From: a virus
Lineage: Duplodnaviria > Caudoviricetes
IMG/VR virus record: IMGVR_UViG_3300042542_005523
Length of the DNA stretch: 64,000 bases
Direction: 5' to 3' (one strand)
Shown: in pieces, positions 30,756 through 39,053 of the stretch
Position numbering within the stretch: position 1 is the stretch's first letter
How the letters are laid out: the number at the start of each line of letters is the position of its first letter
Program-made: the position numbers and the translations under genes
The notes under the pieces: generated by a model
What the model saw: the letters and a program-made list of their open reading frames with translations, nothing else
Told to the model about the DNA's origin: nothing
Database searches by the model: none

Positions 30756-31327
30756 TGGATTATAATTTTTTATGGGTACCTAAGACCACTTATCATAGGT
30801 CAGCACAAAGTCAGTTTGTTGTTGATGTTTTTCCTAAAATATTAAAAAATTTTGAATTGATAATTGAAATTGGAACATTTACAGGAGCGTTCACTTTATG
30901 GTTGTCTGAAAATAACTCTGATAGTTGTAAAATAATCTCTTACGATATTAATCCTGATTATTGTGAAGTTAATAATCTTAAAGATACCGAATTAAGAATT
31001 GGAGATTGTTTTGATATTGATGTTATGAAAGATATTCGTGATCTAATTAACAATTCGGGTAGAACTCTTTTTTTATGTGACGGAGGGGATAAGGAACTTG
31101 AGTTTAGATTATATTCAAAGTACTTGAAAAAGGATGATGTTATAATGCTCCACGATTATTCACATAGTGATGAAGAGTATAATATTATTAAACAAAAAAT
31201 AAACTGGCCAACAAATTCAGAATCACACTATAAGAATATTGAAAGATACTTACCTGAACTTAATTTAAGTACATATATGTATGATGATTTTAAACAAGTT
31301 TTATGGGGTTCGTTTATAAAAAATTGA
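30755..31327 (+). CDS. Class I SAM-dependent methyltransferase
   Basis: IIEIGTFTGA, ISYDI, IGDC, LFLCDGGDK, IMLHDY. Confidence 0.7.
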   Translation: MDYNFLWVPKTTYHRSAQSQFVVDVFPKILKNFELIIEIGTFTGAFTLWLSENNSDSCKIISYDINPDYCEVNNLKDTELRIGDCFDIDVMKDIRDLINNSGRTLFLCDGGDKELEFRLYSKYLKKDDVIMLHDYSHSDEEYNIIKQKINWPTNSESHYKNIERYLPELNLSTYMYDDFKQVLWGSFIKN

Positions 31328-31328
31328 T

Positions 31329-32048
31329 ATGAATTATAAGATTAAATTAGTTCATTTACAGACAACACAGAATGAACATAGAGAAAAACTATCACGAAAA
31401 TCTATACAACAAGTAATACCTTATGGCATTGAATATGTTTTGCATCAGAACGAGCTGTATACCTCCTTACCTCCAGTTCATACAAGTGTTAGACCACATA
31501 ATGTTAGGATCGGTAAGTATGAAGATGTTAATGACCCTGAATATGGGAACGCATTAACTCCAGCTCACTACGGATGCTTTGAGGCTTTTAAAATTGGTAT
31601 CCTATCAGAATTTGATAATGATTTAGATTTCTTAATTGTCTGTGAGGGTGATTGTATAATAGAAGTACCCATTGAAGAATTTATAGATAAAGTTAATTGT
31701 GTATGTGGTATTGTTAATCAGGAAGATGTTTCTTATTTTTCATTTGGGGATACCAAAACTTTAGATTATGGGTGGCATCAATCAGATGTTGTTAGAGAAA
31801 TACCAAATCAGGATTTATTGTTTATTACTAATAAAATAATTGGTTTACAATGTGTTATGTTTTCAAAAAAATCACGTAAAATAATTATGGATCAATTAAG
31901 AACACATAGATGGGATTGTGCTGACACATTTTTTAATATGATATGTGGTGAACAAAGATTAACTATGGGTATTTTGAAAAAGAGAATAACAACACAAGTG
32001 GACGGAGAATCATTCATTGATAAAGAGTATAAAGTTTTTACAAAATAA
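31329..32048 (+). CDS. Probable glycosyltransferase (GT25-like/GT-A)
   Basis: AHYGCFEAF...LIVCEGDC resembles the GT25 GCxxSH...xEDD layout; cluster context. Confidence 0.5.
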   Translation: MNYKIKLVHLQTTQNEHREKLSRKSIQQVIPYGIEYVLHQNELYTSLPPVHTSVRPHNVRIGKYEDVNDPEYGNALTPAHYGCFEAFKIGILSEFDNDLDFLIVCEGDCIIEVPIEEFIDKVNCVCGIVNQEDVSYFSFGDTKTLDYGWHQSDVVREIPNQDLLFITNKIIGLQCVMFSKKSRKIIMDQLRTHRWDCADTFFNMICGEQRLTMGILKKRITTQVDGESFIDKEYKVFTK

Positions 32049-32049
32049 T

Positions 32050-32595
32050 ATGGCACACGAACAACAAAAGAATTTTTTTAAGAGGGTTAAAGATAAATAC
32101 CCAAGATATTTCACGGATGTAAAAGTTTTAGATATTGGTTCTTTGGATATAAATGGTTCAATAAGAGATTTATTTAATTACCCATTTTATTACGTTGGAT
32201 TAGATCTGGCACCTGGGAAAAATGTTGATGTGATTTGTCCTGGACATTTATATGATTCTGGATTTCAGTTTGATGTTGTTTCATCGGGTGAATGTTTTGA
32301 ACATGATATGTATTACGCAAGAACTATACAGAATATGGTTAGACTCCTTAAGTCTGGTGGTTTAATGGTTTTTACTTGTGCGTCAACAGGGAGACATGAG
32401 CATGGTACATTAAGAACTACTCCTGATAACGCACCTTTCTTGGGTGATATTAGTGAAAAGTGGGCAAATTACTATAAGAATTTAACTGAAGATGATATTA
32501 GGTCAGTTATTGATGTTAATGATATTTTCAATGACTTTGGATTTGAATATGAACCAGTAACTTGTGATTTATATTTTTGGGGGATTAAAAAATGA
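32050..32595 (+). CDS. SAM-dependent methyltransferase (type 11-like)
   Basis: VLDIGSLDING, VGLDLAPGKNVD, FDVVSSGECFEHD, LLKSGG. ATG 32050 (MAHEQQ) is preferred over 32017. Confidence 0.85.
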   Translation: MAHEQQKNFFKRVKDKYPRYFTDVKVLDIGSLDINGSIRDLFNYPFYYVGLDLAPGKNVDVICPGHLYDSGFQFDVVSSGECFEHDMYYARTIQNMVRLLKSGGLMVFTCASTGRHEHGTLRTTPDNAPFLGDISEKWANYYKNLTEDDIRSVIDVNDIFNDFGFEYEPVTCDLYFWGIKK

Positions 32596-33287
32596 TTGAT
32601 ATAGATGTTATTTGTCTTACAAATACTATTTCCGATGACTTATATTGGATGACTCGTCGAACATTAATGACCATACATGATTCTGAAAAAGATTATAAAT
32701 TTCATATTCATTTAATAGAAACAAATTCTGAAAGTGGTTACGATTATTTAGATATTGTTGAAAATTATGTAAAACCAAATGAAAAATTTAATTACAATAG
32801 ATTTTTAAATCATTCCTATCCGTATGTTAAACACGATTGGGTTATTATAACTAATAATGATGTGAGATATGAACGAGGTTGGTTTTCAAAAATAATTGAT
32901 GTATATACTAAAAGACCTGATGTTGAATCTTTTTCACCTAAATGTCCGATACTTTATTCAAAATATTTTTTTGATGATTTTTTAGGAGGTGATTTAGATT
33001 TTCATGAGAGTGTTGGAACTAGCGTACATCTAATGGGTTGGTCGTTAATTATGAAAAAAAGAGTATTTGATATTGTTTATCCTTGGGATGAAAACTTTGA
33101 CATGTACTACCAAGATAATGATTATGCTGAAATTTTATTAAAAAATAACATTAAACACGGTTTGGTTAGGGACTCAATAGCGACTCATTTAGAATCACAA
33201 ACTATAAAATATAAATTTAATTCAAATACAATTGATAATCTTAGAGTAAAAAATTATTTTTACAATAAATGGGGAAAAGAAATTTAA
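32592..33287 (+). CDS. GT2 glycosyltransferase
   Basis: FNYNRFLN, VIITNNDV, WDENFDMYYQDND, ATH motifs. Confidence 0.8.
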   Translation: MIDIDVICLTNTISDDLYWMTRRTLMTIHDSEKDYKFHIHLIETNSESGYDYLDIVENYVKPNEKFNYNRFLNHSYPYVKHDWVIITNNDVRYERGWFSKIIDVYTKRPDVESFSPKCPILYSKYFFDDFLGGDLDFHESVGTSVHLMGWSLIMKKRVFDIVYPWDENFDMYYQDNDYAEILLKNNIKHGLVRDSIATHLESQTIKYKFNSNTIDNLRVKNYFYNKWGKEI

Positions 33288-33288
33288 T

Positions 33289-35424
33289 ATGAAAATTACA
33301 CAAGTAACACCAGGAATTATTACGATACCTCCAAACGGTTGGGGGGCAGTTGAAAAAGTTATATGGGAATATTATAACAACATTAAAGAATTAGGACACG
33401 AATGCGATATAAGATATCTTAATGATACTAAGGGTAGTAATAGTGATATTGTTCACATTCATATGGCTAATTTGGCAATTGAAGCTGCTAATCAAGGGAT
33501 ACCCTATATTTTTTCATTACATGACCACCACGTTGTTTATTATGGTAAGAAGTCATCTAACTACCAACAAAATTTAGAAGCGATTAAAAGATCAGTAATA
33601 TCTTTTACACATGCTGAGATTTTGGTAGACTATTTTGATGAAACAGATAAGTTGTTCTATCTATCCCATGGTGTTAATACCGGGTTCTTTAAAAATAATA
33701 ATCCAAAAAGAACTGAACATAAACTATTGTGCTTGGCAAATAATGGTATCGGAGGTGATTCAACGTATGATAGAAAAGGATTTAGGTATGCTATCGAAGC
33801 GGCAATAAAATTGGATTTACCAATTACGGTTGCTGGTCCGGAAAACAATAGAATATTCTTTGAACACCACAATGACTTATTAAATTATGATAAGCTAACT
33901 TTAATGTTTTCAAATCCAAACGAAGAACAGATATTAGAACTTTATAAAAGTCATTCTATATTCTTACACCCGTCTATATTGGAGGCAGGACATCCAAACC
34001 TTACATTACTTGAAGCGGTATCTTGTAATATGCCAGTTGTTGGTACTTACTCGGGTTCACAAAAAATTGAAGGAATGGTTGTGGTTGAAAGGGATGTAAA
34101 TCAAATTGTTAATGGAGTTAAACAAGTAATTGATAATTATGATTTATATCTAAATAACACTGAATTAGATAGACAAAAATACGATTGGAGTGTTATTACA
34201 AAGAGAATGGTTAGAATTTATGGAGACCTTATGGATAGTAAGAAAAATTTAAATAGTCTTGAAACCAAACAAAAATTTGATAGAGTGTTTGAAAATACAG
34301 AAATTAAACCAGTGGAAATGGTTGAAAAAATTGAGATAATTAACCACTATATAAACGGAGCGTTAGTTGAAATTAAAGGAAATACCGATAAAAAATATTT
34401 GGTTGAGTTTTGGAACCAAAATGGTGAATGTGAATATCGTGAGGAGATTGGTTGTAATATGTGGGTTAAACTAAACAAGAAATATTTTGATGAGTATACT
34501 TTAAAAGTTTATTCTGACGGTCACTTGATTAGTGAAAAGAAATATAATGCTGAGAATAAAAGAGTTTATATTGCCTTAGATTCGAAATCTTTGGGAGACA
34601 CTTTTGCTTGGGTCCCATACGCTGAGGAATTTAGAAAGAAACATAACTGTAAGGTTGTTTGTTCAACATTCTTTAATGATTTATTTGTTAAACAATATCC
34701 TGAAATACATTTTGTTCACCCTGGTAGTATTGTTGATAACCTATATGCGATGTATGAGATAGGTTGGTTTTATGACGGTGATAATGTTAAAATGGATAGA
34801 CATCCAAGTGATTTTAAATTAGGTCCGTTACAAAAAACTGCCACAGATATTTTAGGGTTGGAATATAAAGAAGTTAAACCTTTAATTAAAAATCCTAACA
34901 AGTTAAAGAAAAAAAGAGTTGGATTAGGCATTCATTCAACTGCTCAGTCTAAGTATTGGAATAATCCAAAAGGCTGGCAAGATGTTACTGATTATTTGAT
35001 TTCACTTGGATATGAGGTGATTATCTACTCAAAAGAAGAAGATGGGTATATGGGTAATTTTTATCCAAAAGGTGCTAAACAAAACCCTCCTGACTCAATC
35101 TATAAACTTATTGAAGAACTGTCAACATGTGAATTCTTTATAGGTATATCAAGTGGTATTTCATGGGTGACCTGGGCGTTAGACATACCGACAGTATTGA
35201 TTTCTGGATTTACTGAAGAGTTTAATGAACCTTATGAGAATGTGTATAAGGTTAGTGCTCCTGAAAATACTTGTAGAGGATGTGCAAATAAGTTTAGATT
35301 AGACCCAGGTGATTGGAACTGGTGTCCTGTAAATAAGGGAAATGAAAAGATGTTTGAATGTTCTAAAAAGATAACATCTGAAATGGTGATAAATGTAATT
35401 AAAAGAGAGGGATTAGCAAAATGA
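33289..35424 (+). CDS. Fusion: GT4 glycosyltransferase + TibC/AAH-like (autotransporter O-heptosyltransferase family) protein glycosyltransferase
   Basis: N-half: IPPNGWGAVE, RKGF, FLHPSILEAGHPNLTLLEAVSC (GT4). C-half: YIALDSKSLGDTFAW, FIGISSGISWVTWA, LISGFT, CRGC...WCP...FECSKKI four-Cys metal site. Confidence 0.8.
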   Translation: MKITQVTPGIITIPPNGWGAVEKVIWEYYNNIKELGHECDIRYLNDTKGSNSDIVHIHMANLAIEAANQGIPYIFSLHDHHVVYYGKKSSNYQQNLEAIKRSVISFTHAEILVDYFDETDKLFYLSHGVNTGFFKNNNPKRTEHKLLCLANNGIGGDSTYDRKGFRYAIEAAIKLDLPITVAGPENNRIFFEHHNDLLNYDKLTLMFSNPNEEQILELYKSHSIFLHPSILEAGHPNLTLLEAVSCNMPVVGTYSGSQKIEGMVVVERDVNQIVNGVKQVIDNYDLYLNNTELDRQKYDWSVITKRMVRIYGDLMDSKKNLNSLETKQKFDRVFENTEIKPVEMVEKIEIINHYINGALVEIKGNTDKKYLVEFWNQNGECEYREEIGCNMWVKLNKKYFDEYTLKVYSDGHLISEKKYNAENKRVYIALDSKSLGDTFAWVPYAEEFRKKHNCKVVCSTFFNDLFVKQYPEIHFVHPGSIVDNLYAMYEIGWFYDGDNVKMDRHPSDFKLGPLQKTATDILGLEYKEVKPLIKNPNKLKKKRVGLGIHSTAQSKYWNNPKGWQDVTDYLISLGYEVIIYSKEEDGYMGNFYPKGAKQNPPDSIYKLIEELSTCEFFIGISSGISWVTWALDIPTVLISGFTEEFNEPYENVYKVSAPENTCRGCANKFRLDPGDWNWCPVNKGNEKMFECSKKITSEMVINVIKREGLAK

Positions 35425-35690
35425 AAAGCGTAAATTTACCAGAGGAAATCCTGTTAGAAATTCAGGATTTATTAGCTAGAATTAACTATTCTAAAATGGA
35501 TTTAGGTGAAGCCCACCTAGCAGTTTCTAATTTTGAAAAAGAATTGGAAAATTTAAAATCGGAGAGAGAAAAAAAGATAGCTGTCTGTGTAGATCTAGAA
35601 GAGGAGAAGACCAGGCTAGTGATGAGAATAGTCGAGACCTACGGGGAAGGAGATCTTGATCTTAACAGTGGCAAGTATTTCGTAAAGTAA
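35421..35690 (+). CDS. Small coiled-coil hypothetical protein
   Basis: 89 aa, heptad-like core, C-terminal YGEGDLDLNSG. Confidence 0.65.
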   Translation: MKSVNLPEEILLEIQDLLARINYSKMDLGEAHLAVSNFEKELENLKSEREKKIAVCVDLEEEKTRLVMRIVETYGEGDLDLNSGKYFVK

Positions 35691-35709
35691 ATTGGCAACT
35701 CCGGAGGGT

Positions 35710-35718
35710 GATATATAG
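35710..35718 (+). promoter_or_regulatory. Candidate late promoter GATATATAG
   Basis: Exact motif 31 nt before the neck-gene ATG. Confidence 0.6.
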
Positions 35719-35748
35719 AGAAATCACTATCAAATAAGACCAGAGCCA

Positions 35749-38256
35749 ATGAGTTTCAATCCGGAGGATAGGCTACCCAAGCCAATTAATAAAGTTCTGA
35801 ATACTAACGGTGAGCAATACGATCTCACTAACCCTAGATTCACAACTGCTGATGGGCTGGAGAATACTACGAAAATCCCTTTCTCTTCAACTGATGACTA
35901 TTTTTCAACACAGGAAGCTGCTGAAGCTAGAGCACAGCAGATAGGATGCGGGGGATATCACACTGTCATCGTAGAGGGTAAGCTTTATTATAGACCCTGT
36001 GAAACCGCTAATTACTATTCTATTAGAAAGCAGCAGTTAGATTCTGCTCTTAATTTTCAGTACATTGGTAACTATAGAGTTTTAACGTGGGACACTCCTT
36101 TTTTTGGCGTTAGAAAATACAAGGGGTGGATAATAGATGCTTCGTATAGCAATAATACAGGACCTAGTATAAACCCTAATGACGTTCTTGTTGAGTTTAG
36201 GTATTCCATAGATGGTGAATCTTGGTCTCTTTGGTCAACTGTAGGTACAGCAATGAACAATTTCTCCAATACGGAGGCTGCTATTTTCGAAATAAGCCTG
36301 GATCCTGCAGATAAATTCTATCCGGAGTTTAGGTTTACCTCGGTTCTAATTAATCCCGACGGAACACTGGGGTATGAGTCTAATGAGCCAGTGGATCCTA
36401 ACGTAACCATAGTGGATTTTCAATTGGATATTGAATATGATCTAGACTATTTGTCAAATGCATCATTGGATAATAAAGTTATAGCTCCTGCTCTGAGATG
36501 CTCTAATGAGTATACAAATAGACCAGTAGTATTTGACGATTGCAGATTCACTTTTAATCCTTATGCTGTTAATAGAGCGCTTAACCTTTATCAGGATCTA
36601 AGTAAAATAGTAAATAAGGTATTTGGGCTTGATGTTAACTATTATTCTGTGCAACCTCAGGCTAGGGGTAAGGATGTGATACTAAAGGAATATACGCTGT
36701 TCAACGTTGTCGATGAGAAGTGTATAAAAGTTCTAGTTAACCAGAACCAATTTCCGGACAATAAAATTAACTACGATCCATTTGGTTTACAGTTCGATGA
36801 GCCCTTTGAGATACAGATAGACAGAAGGTATTTCGAGGGAATATTTGGAAATGGATCACAGCCTAGAAAAAGAGATATTATTTATTTCCCAATAACTAAT
36901 AGAATCTATGAGATAAATTCGACATATCTTTTCAGGGATTTCATGAATGCTCCCGTTTATTATAAGATCGAGCTAAAGAAATACCAGCCAAAGAGCAACA
37001 CATATTTCCAAGATCCAGCATACAAAGAGGAATTGGATGGCATTGCACTTACAACCCAGGAATTGTTTGGTGCTGAAGTAACTAGTGAGGAAGAAAAAGT
37101 AACAAAGAGGCAGCAATACAACGAGACAACATATGTTAGATCACAGGATCCCATTAGATCATACATCTATTACAATTTAGCTATCATTGGATATGATCTT
37201 AATAATAACTGGACGATAGTTCTTAATAACTATTATGACCTTGAATCTTCATTCGTTGACAATTCAGAATTTACATCCGATCCATTTAAATACAGGAATG
37301 CCATAAGATATAAGGACCTGCCTAAGCTTGGGCCTAAGGAAGAATTATCCCTAACAGCCTGGTGGAATTTGAGAAATGCTTACGATGATACAAAGCTTAG
37401 AAAGATAGGCTTCCCTGTTATAAATGTGAATGTTTCTTCCTATACTGAATCGTATGTTGTTTATTCTACCTATCCAATAAAGCACAATCTTACGGCATGG
37501 AACAGTTACGCCGATAACCCTAATGGATATGTTGCAATACAGGGTGATTCTGCACACAGTGGGGGATATCTAGTAAGAAGTGTAATAGACGAATACACAT
37601 TCACCACAATAAATCAAAGCGTTGAATTTGACCCTGGAGTTACGGTATGGAAAATGCAAAAGGCTCAATCCCGTAACTTTCTTAGCGGACTTTATATGGA
37701 AGGCTTAGAATACAGGGGATTCAGGTTTGACCTAATCCACTCTGGATCGATTGAGCAAGATGTCACTAACTATATCCAGCAGGGTAGCTTCTATCTTAGA
37801 CTTAATAATGGCATAGAGATAAACTCCCCACTTCAATTCACAGCAAAACATGGTGAATGGTATTCTGTTGTGGTGAACGTTTCTAATAAGTATAAACAGA
37901 TTTCAATAAATGCTTGGCAAATGTCATATGACCCGGTGAACCCTCAATCACAATCCAGTGAATTGATCAAGGTACATGAATACGTGCAAAGTTTGGATGC
38001 ACCCGTTATATTCGATGCGCCTTCTAACATAGTAACAGATGTCAGCAGTCCTTTCTATGGAACAGATCAGAATTCCTATAAGGTGTTTACTTCCCCACTA
38101 TATTTGTCAAATATAAGATTGTTCAAGAATATGATAGATATAGATAATCAATCAACCGTCTTAAATCAGAATATTGTAAGAGACACACAGCTTGCACACA
38201 TTATAGATAACGCTAAACCGCTTCTGAACGTTCCTAGATTTGTTCGTAGCCGTTAA
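35749..38256 (+). CDS. Neck / head-closure protein (gp14-like core) with N- and C-terminal extra domains
   Basis: Central VFGLDVNYY...DVILKEY...FPDN...PFGLQFDEPFEIQIDRRYF...PRKRDIIYFPITNRIYEI...YKIELKKY resembles T4 gp14. Confidence 0.6.
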   Translation: MSFNPEDRLPKPINKVLNTNGEQYDLTNPRFTTADGLENTTKIPFSSTDDYFSTQEAAEARAQQIGCGGYHTVIVEGKLYYRPCETANYYSIRKQQLDSALNFQYIGNYRVLTWDTPFFGVRKYKGWIIDASYSNNTGPSINPNDVLVEFRYSIDGESWSLWSTVGTAMNNFSNTEAAIFEISLDPADKFYPEFRFTSVLINPDGTLGYESNEPVDPNVTIVDFQLDIEYDLDYLSNASLDNKVIAPALRCSNEYTNRPVVFDDCRFTFNPYAVNRALNLYQDLSKIVNKVFGLDVNYYSVQPQARGKDVILKEYTLFNVVDEKCIKVLVNQNQFPDNKINYDPFGLQFDEPFEIQIDRRYFEGIFGNGSQPRKRDIIYFPITNRIYEINSTYLFRDFMNAPVYYKIELKKYQPKSNTYFQDPAYKEELDGIALTTQELFGAEVTSEEEKVTKRQQYNETTYVRSQDPIRSYIYYNLAIIGYDLNNNWTIVLNNYYDLESSFVDNSEFTSDPFKYRNAIRYKDLPKLGPKEELSLTAWWNLRNAYDDTKLRKIGFPVINVNVSSYTESYVVYSTYPIKHNLTAWNSYADNPNGYVAIQGDSAHSGGYLVRSVIDEYTFTTINQSVEFDPGVTVWKMQKAQSRNFLSGLYMEGLEYRGFRFDLIHSGSIEQDVTNYIQQGSFYLRLNNGIEINSPLQFTAKHGEWYSVVVNVSNKYKQISINAWQMSYDPVNPQSQSSELIKVHEYVQSLDAPVIFDAPSNIVTDVSSPFYGTDQNSYKVFTSPLYLSNIRLFKNMIDIDNQSTVLNQNIVRDTQLAHIIDNAKPLLNVPRFVRSR

Positions 38257-38268
38257 TTTTTTTAATTT

Positions 38269-39048
38269 ATGCCACGTAGAAAACCAAAGATGAGCAAGGT
38301 CGTCGAGGAAAAAATCAAAGAAACCCTCGATTCAATAATACTTGATGAGAATTTAGATTCAGTAGAAACTGGAACTGGAGAATTACCGAGATTAAAAACA
38401 ACGGTGCAGATGGATTTTGAGGAGGAAAAAATATCCGCTGCAAGGGATGCCAAGTCTTTGCTGGATTCCTTAGCCATGTTCTACCTTGATGATTCTGGTG
38501 AAGATAATAACCCTTATCTTGAATACCGTAAGAAAATAGATTCTATGAACATCTCTTCTATGACATTTCAGCTTAAGAGTGCACAGCATGCTATAACTAA
38601 GTTATTGGAAGAAATAGACATGGGTAATATGACACCTAGACTTTTCGAGGTTTTAGCTCAGCTACAGGGACAGGTTATCCAGATATCTAAAGATCACCAG
38701 GCTTATCTTGATAAAATGGAAAAAAGCTACAAGGTAATGAAGGGGGACATTGATCAGAAGAATTACAACGGAGCTGTTAGAATAGGGCCAGACGGGAATT
38801 ACACAGAACCAGCGAAAGGATTAGGTGACGGATCAGGAATTAAGGTACGAGGAACAAGAGGATTGATGGAGAATCTGAGAGATCTAATAGGTGCTGAAAT
38901 AGTAGACGTTAAACCAGAGGAGATCAAGCCAGGAGCTGTTGTTAATGCTAGAGATAAGATAAGGATGGACGCCGAAGAGAAGGGATACGAGGGTGAAATA
39001 CCAGAGGGCGGGGACGATCTTCAGATAGAGGATGATCTTTTTAATTAA
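38269..39048 (+). CDS. Terminase small subunit (gp16-like)
   Basis: TPRLFEVLAQL resembles gp16 HPRAYEVAGQL; immediately precedes the large terminase. Confidence 0.6.
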   Translation: MPRRKPKMSKVVEEKIKETLDSIILDENLDSVETGTGELPRLKTTVQMDFEEEKISAARDAKSLLDSLAMFYLDDSGEDNNPYLEYRKKIDSMNISSMTFQLKSAQHAITKLLEEIDMGNMTPRLFEVLAQLQGQVIQISKDHQAYLDKMEKSYKVMKGDIDQKNYNGAVRIGPDGNYTEPAKGLGDGSGIKVRGTRGLMENLRDLIGAEIVDVKPEEIKPGAVVNARDKIRMDAEEKGYEGEIPEGGDDLQIEDDLFN

Positions 39049-39053
39049 TTTTT

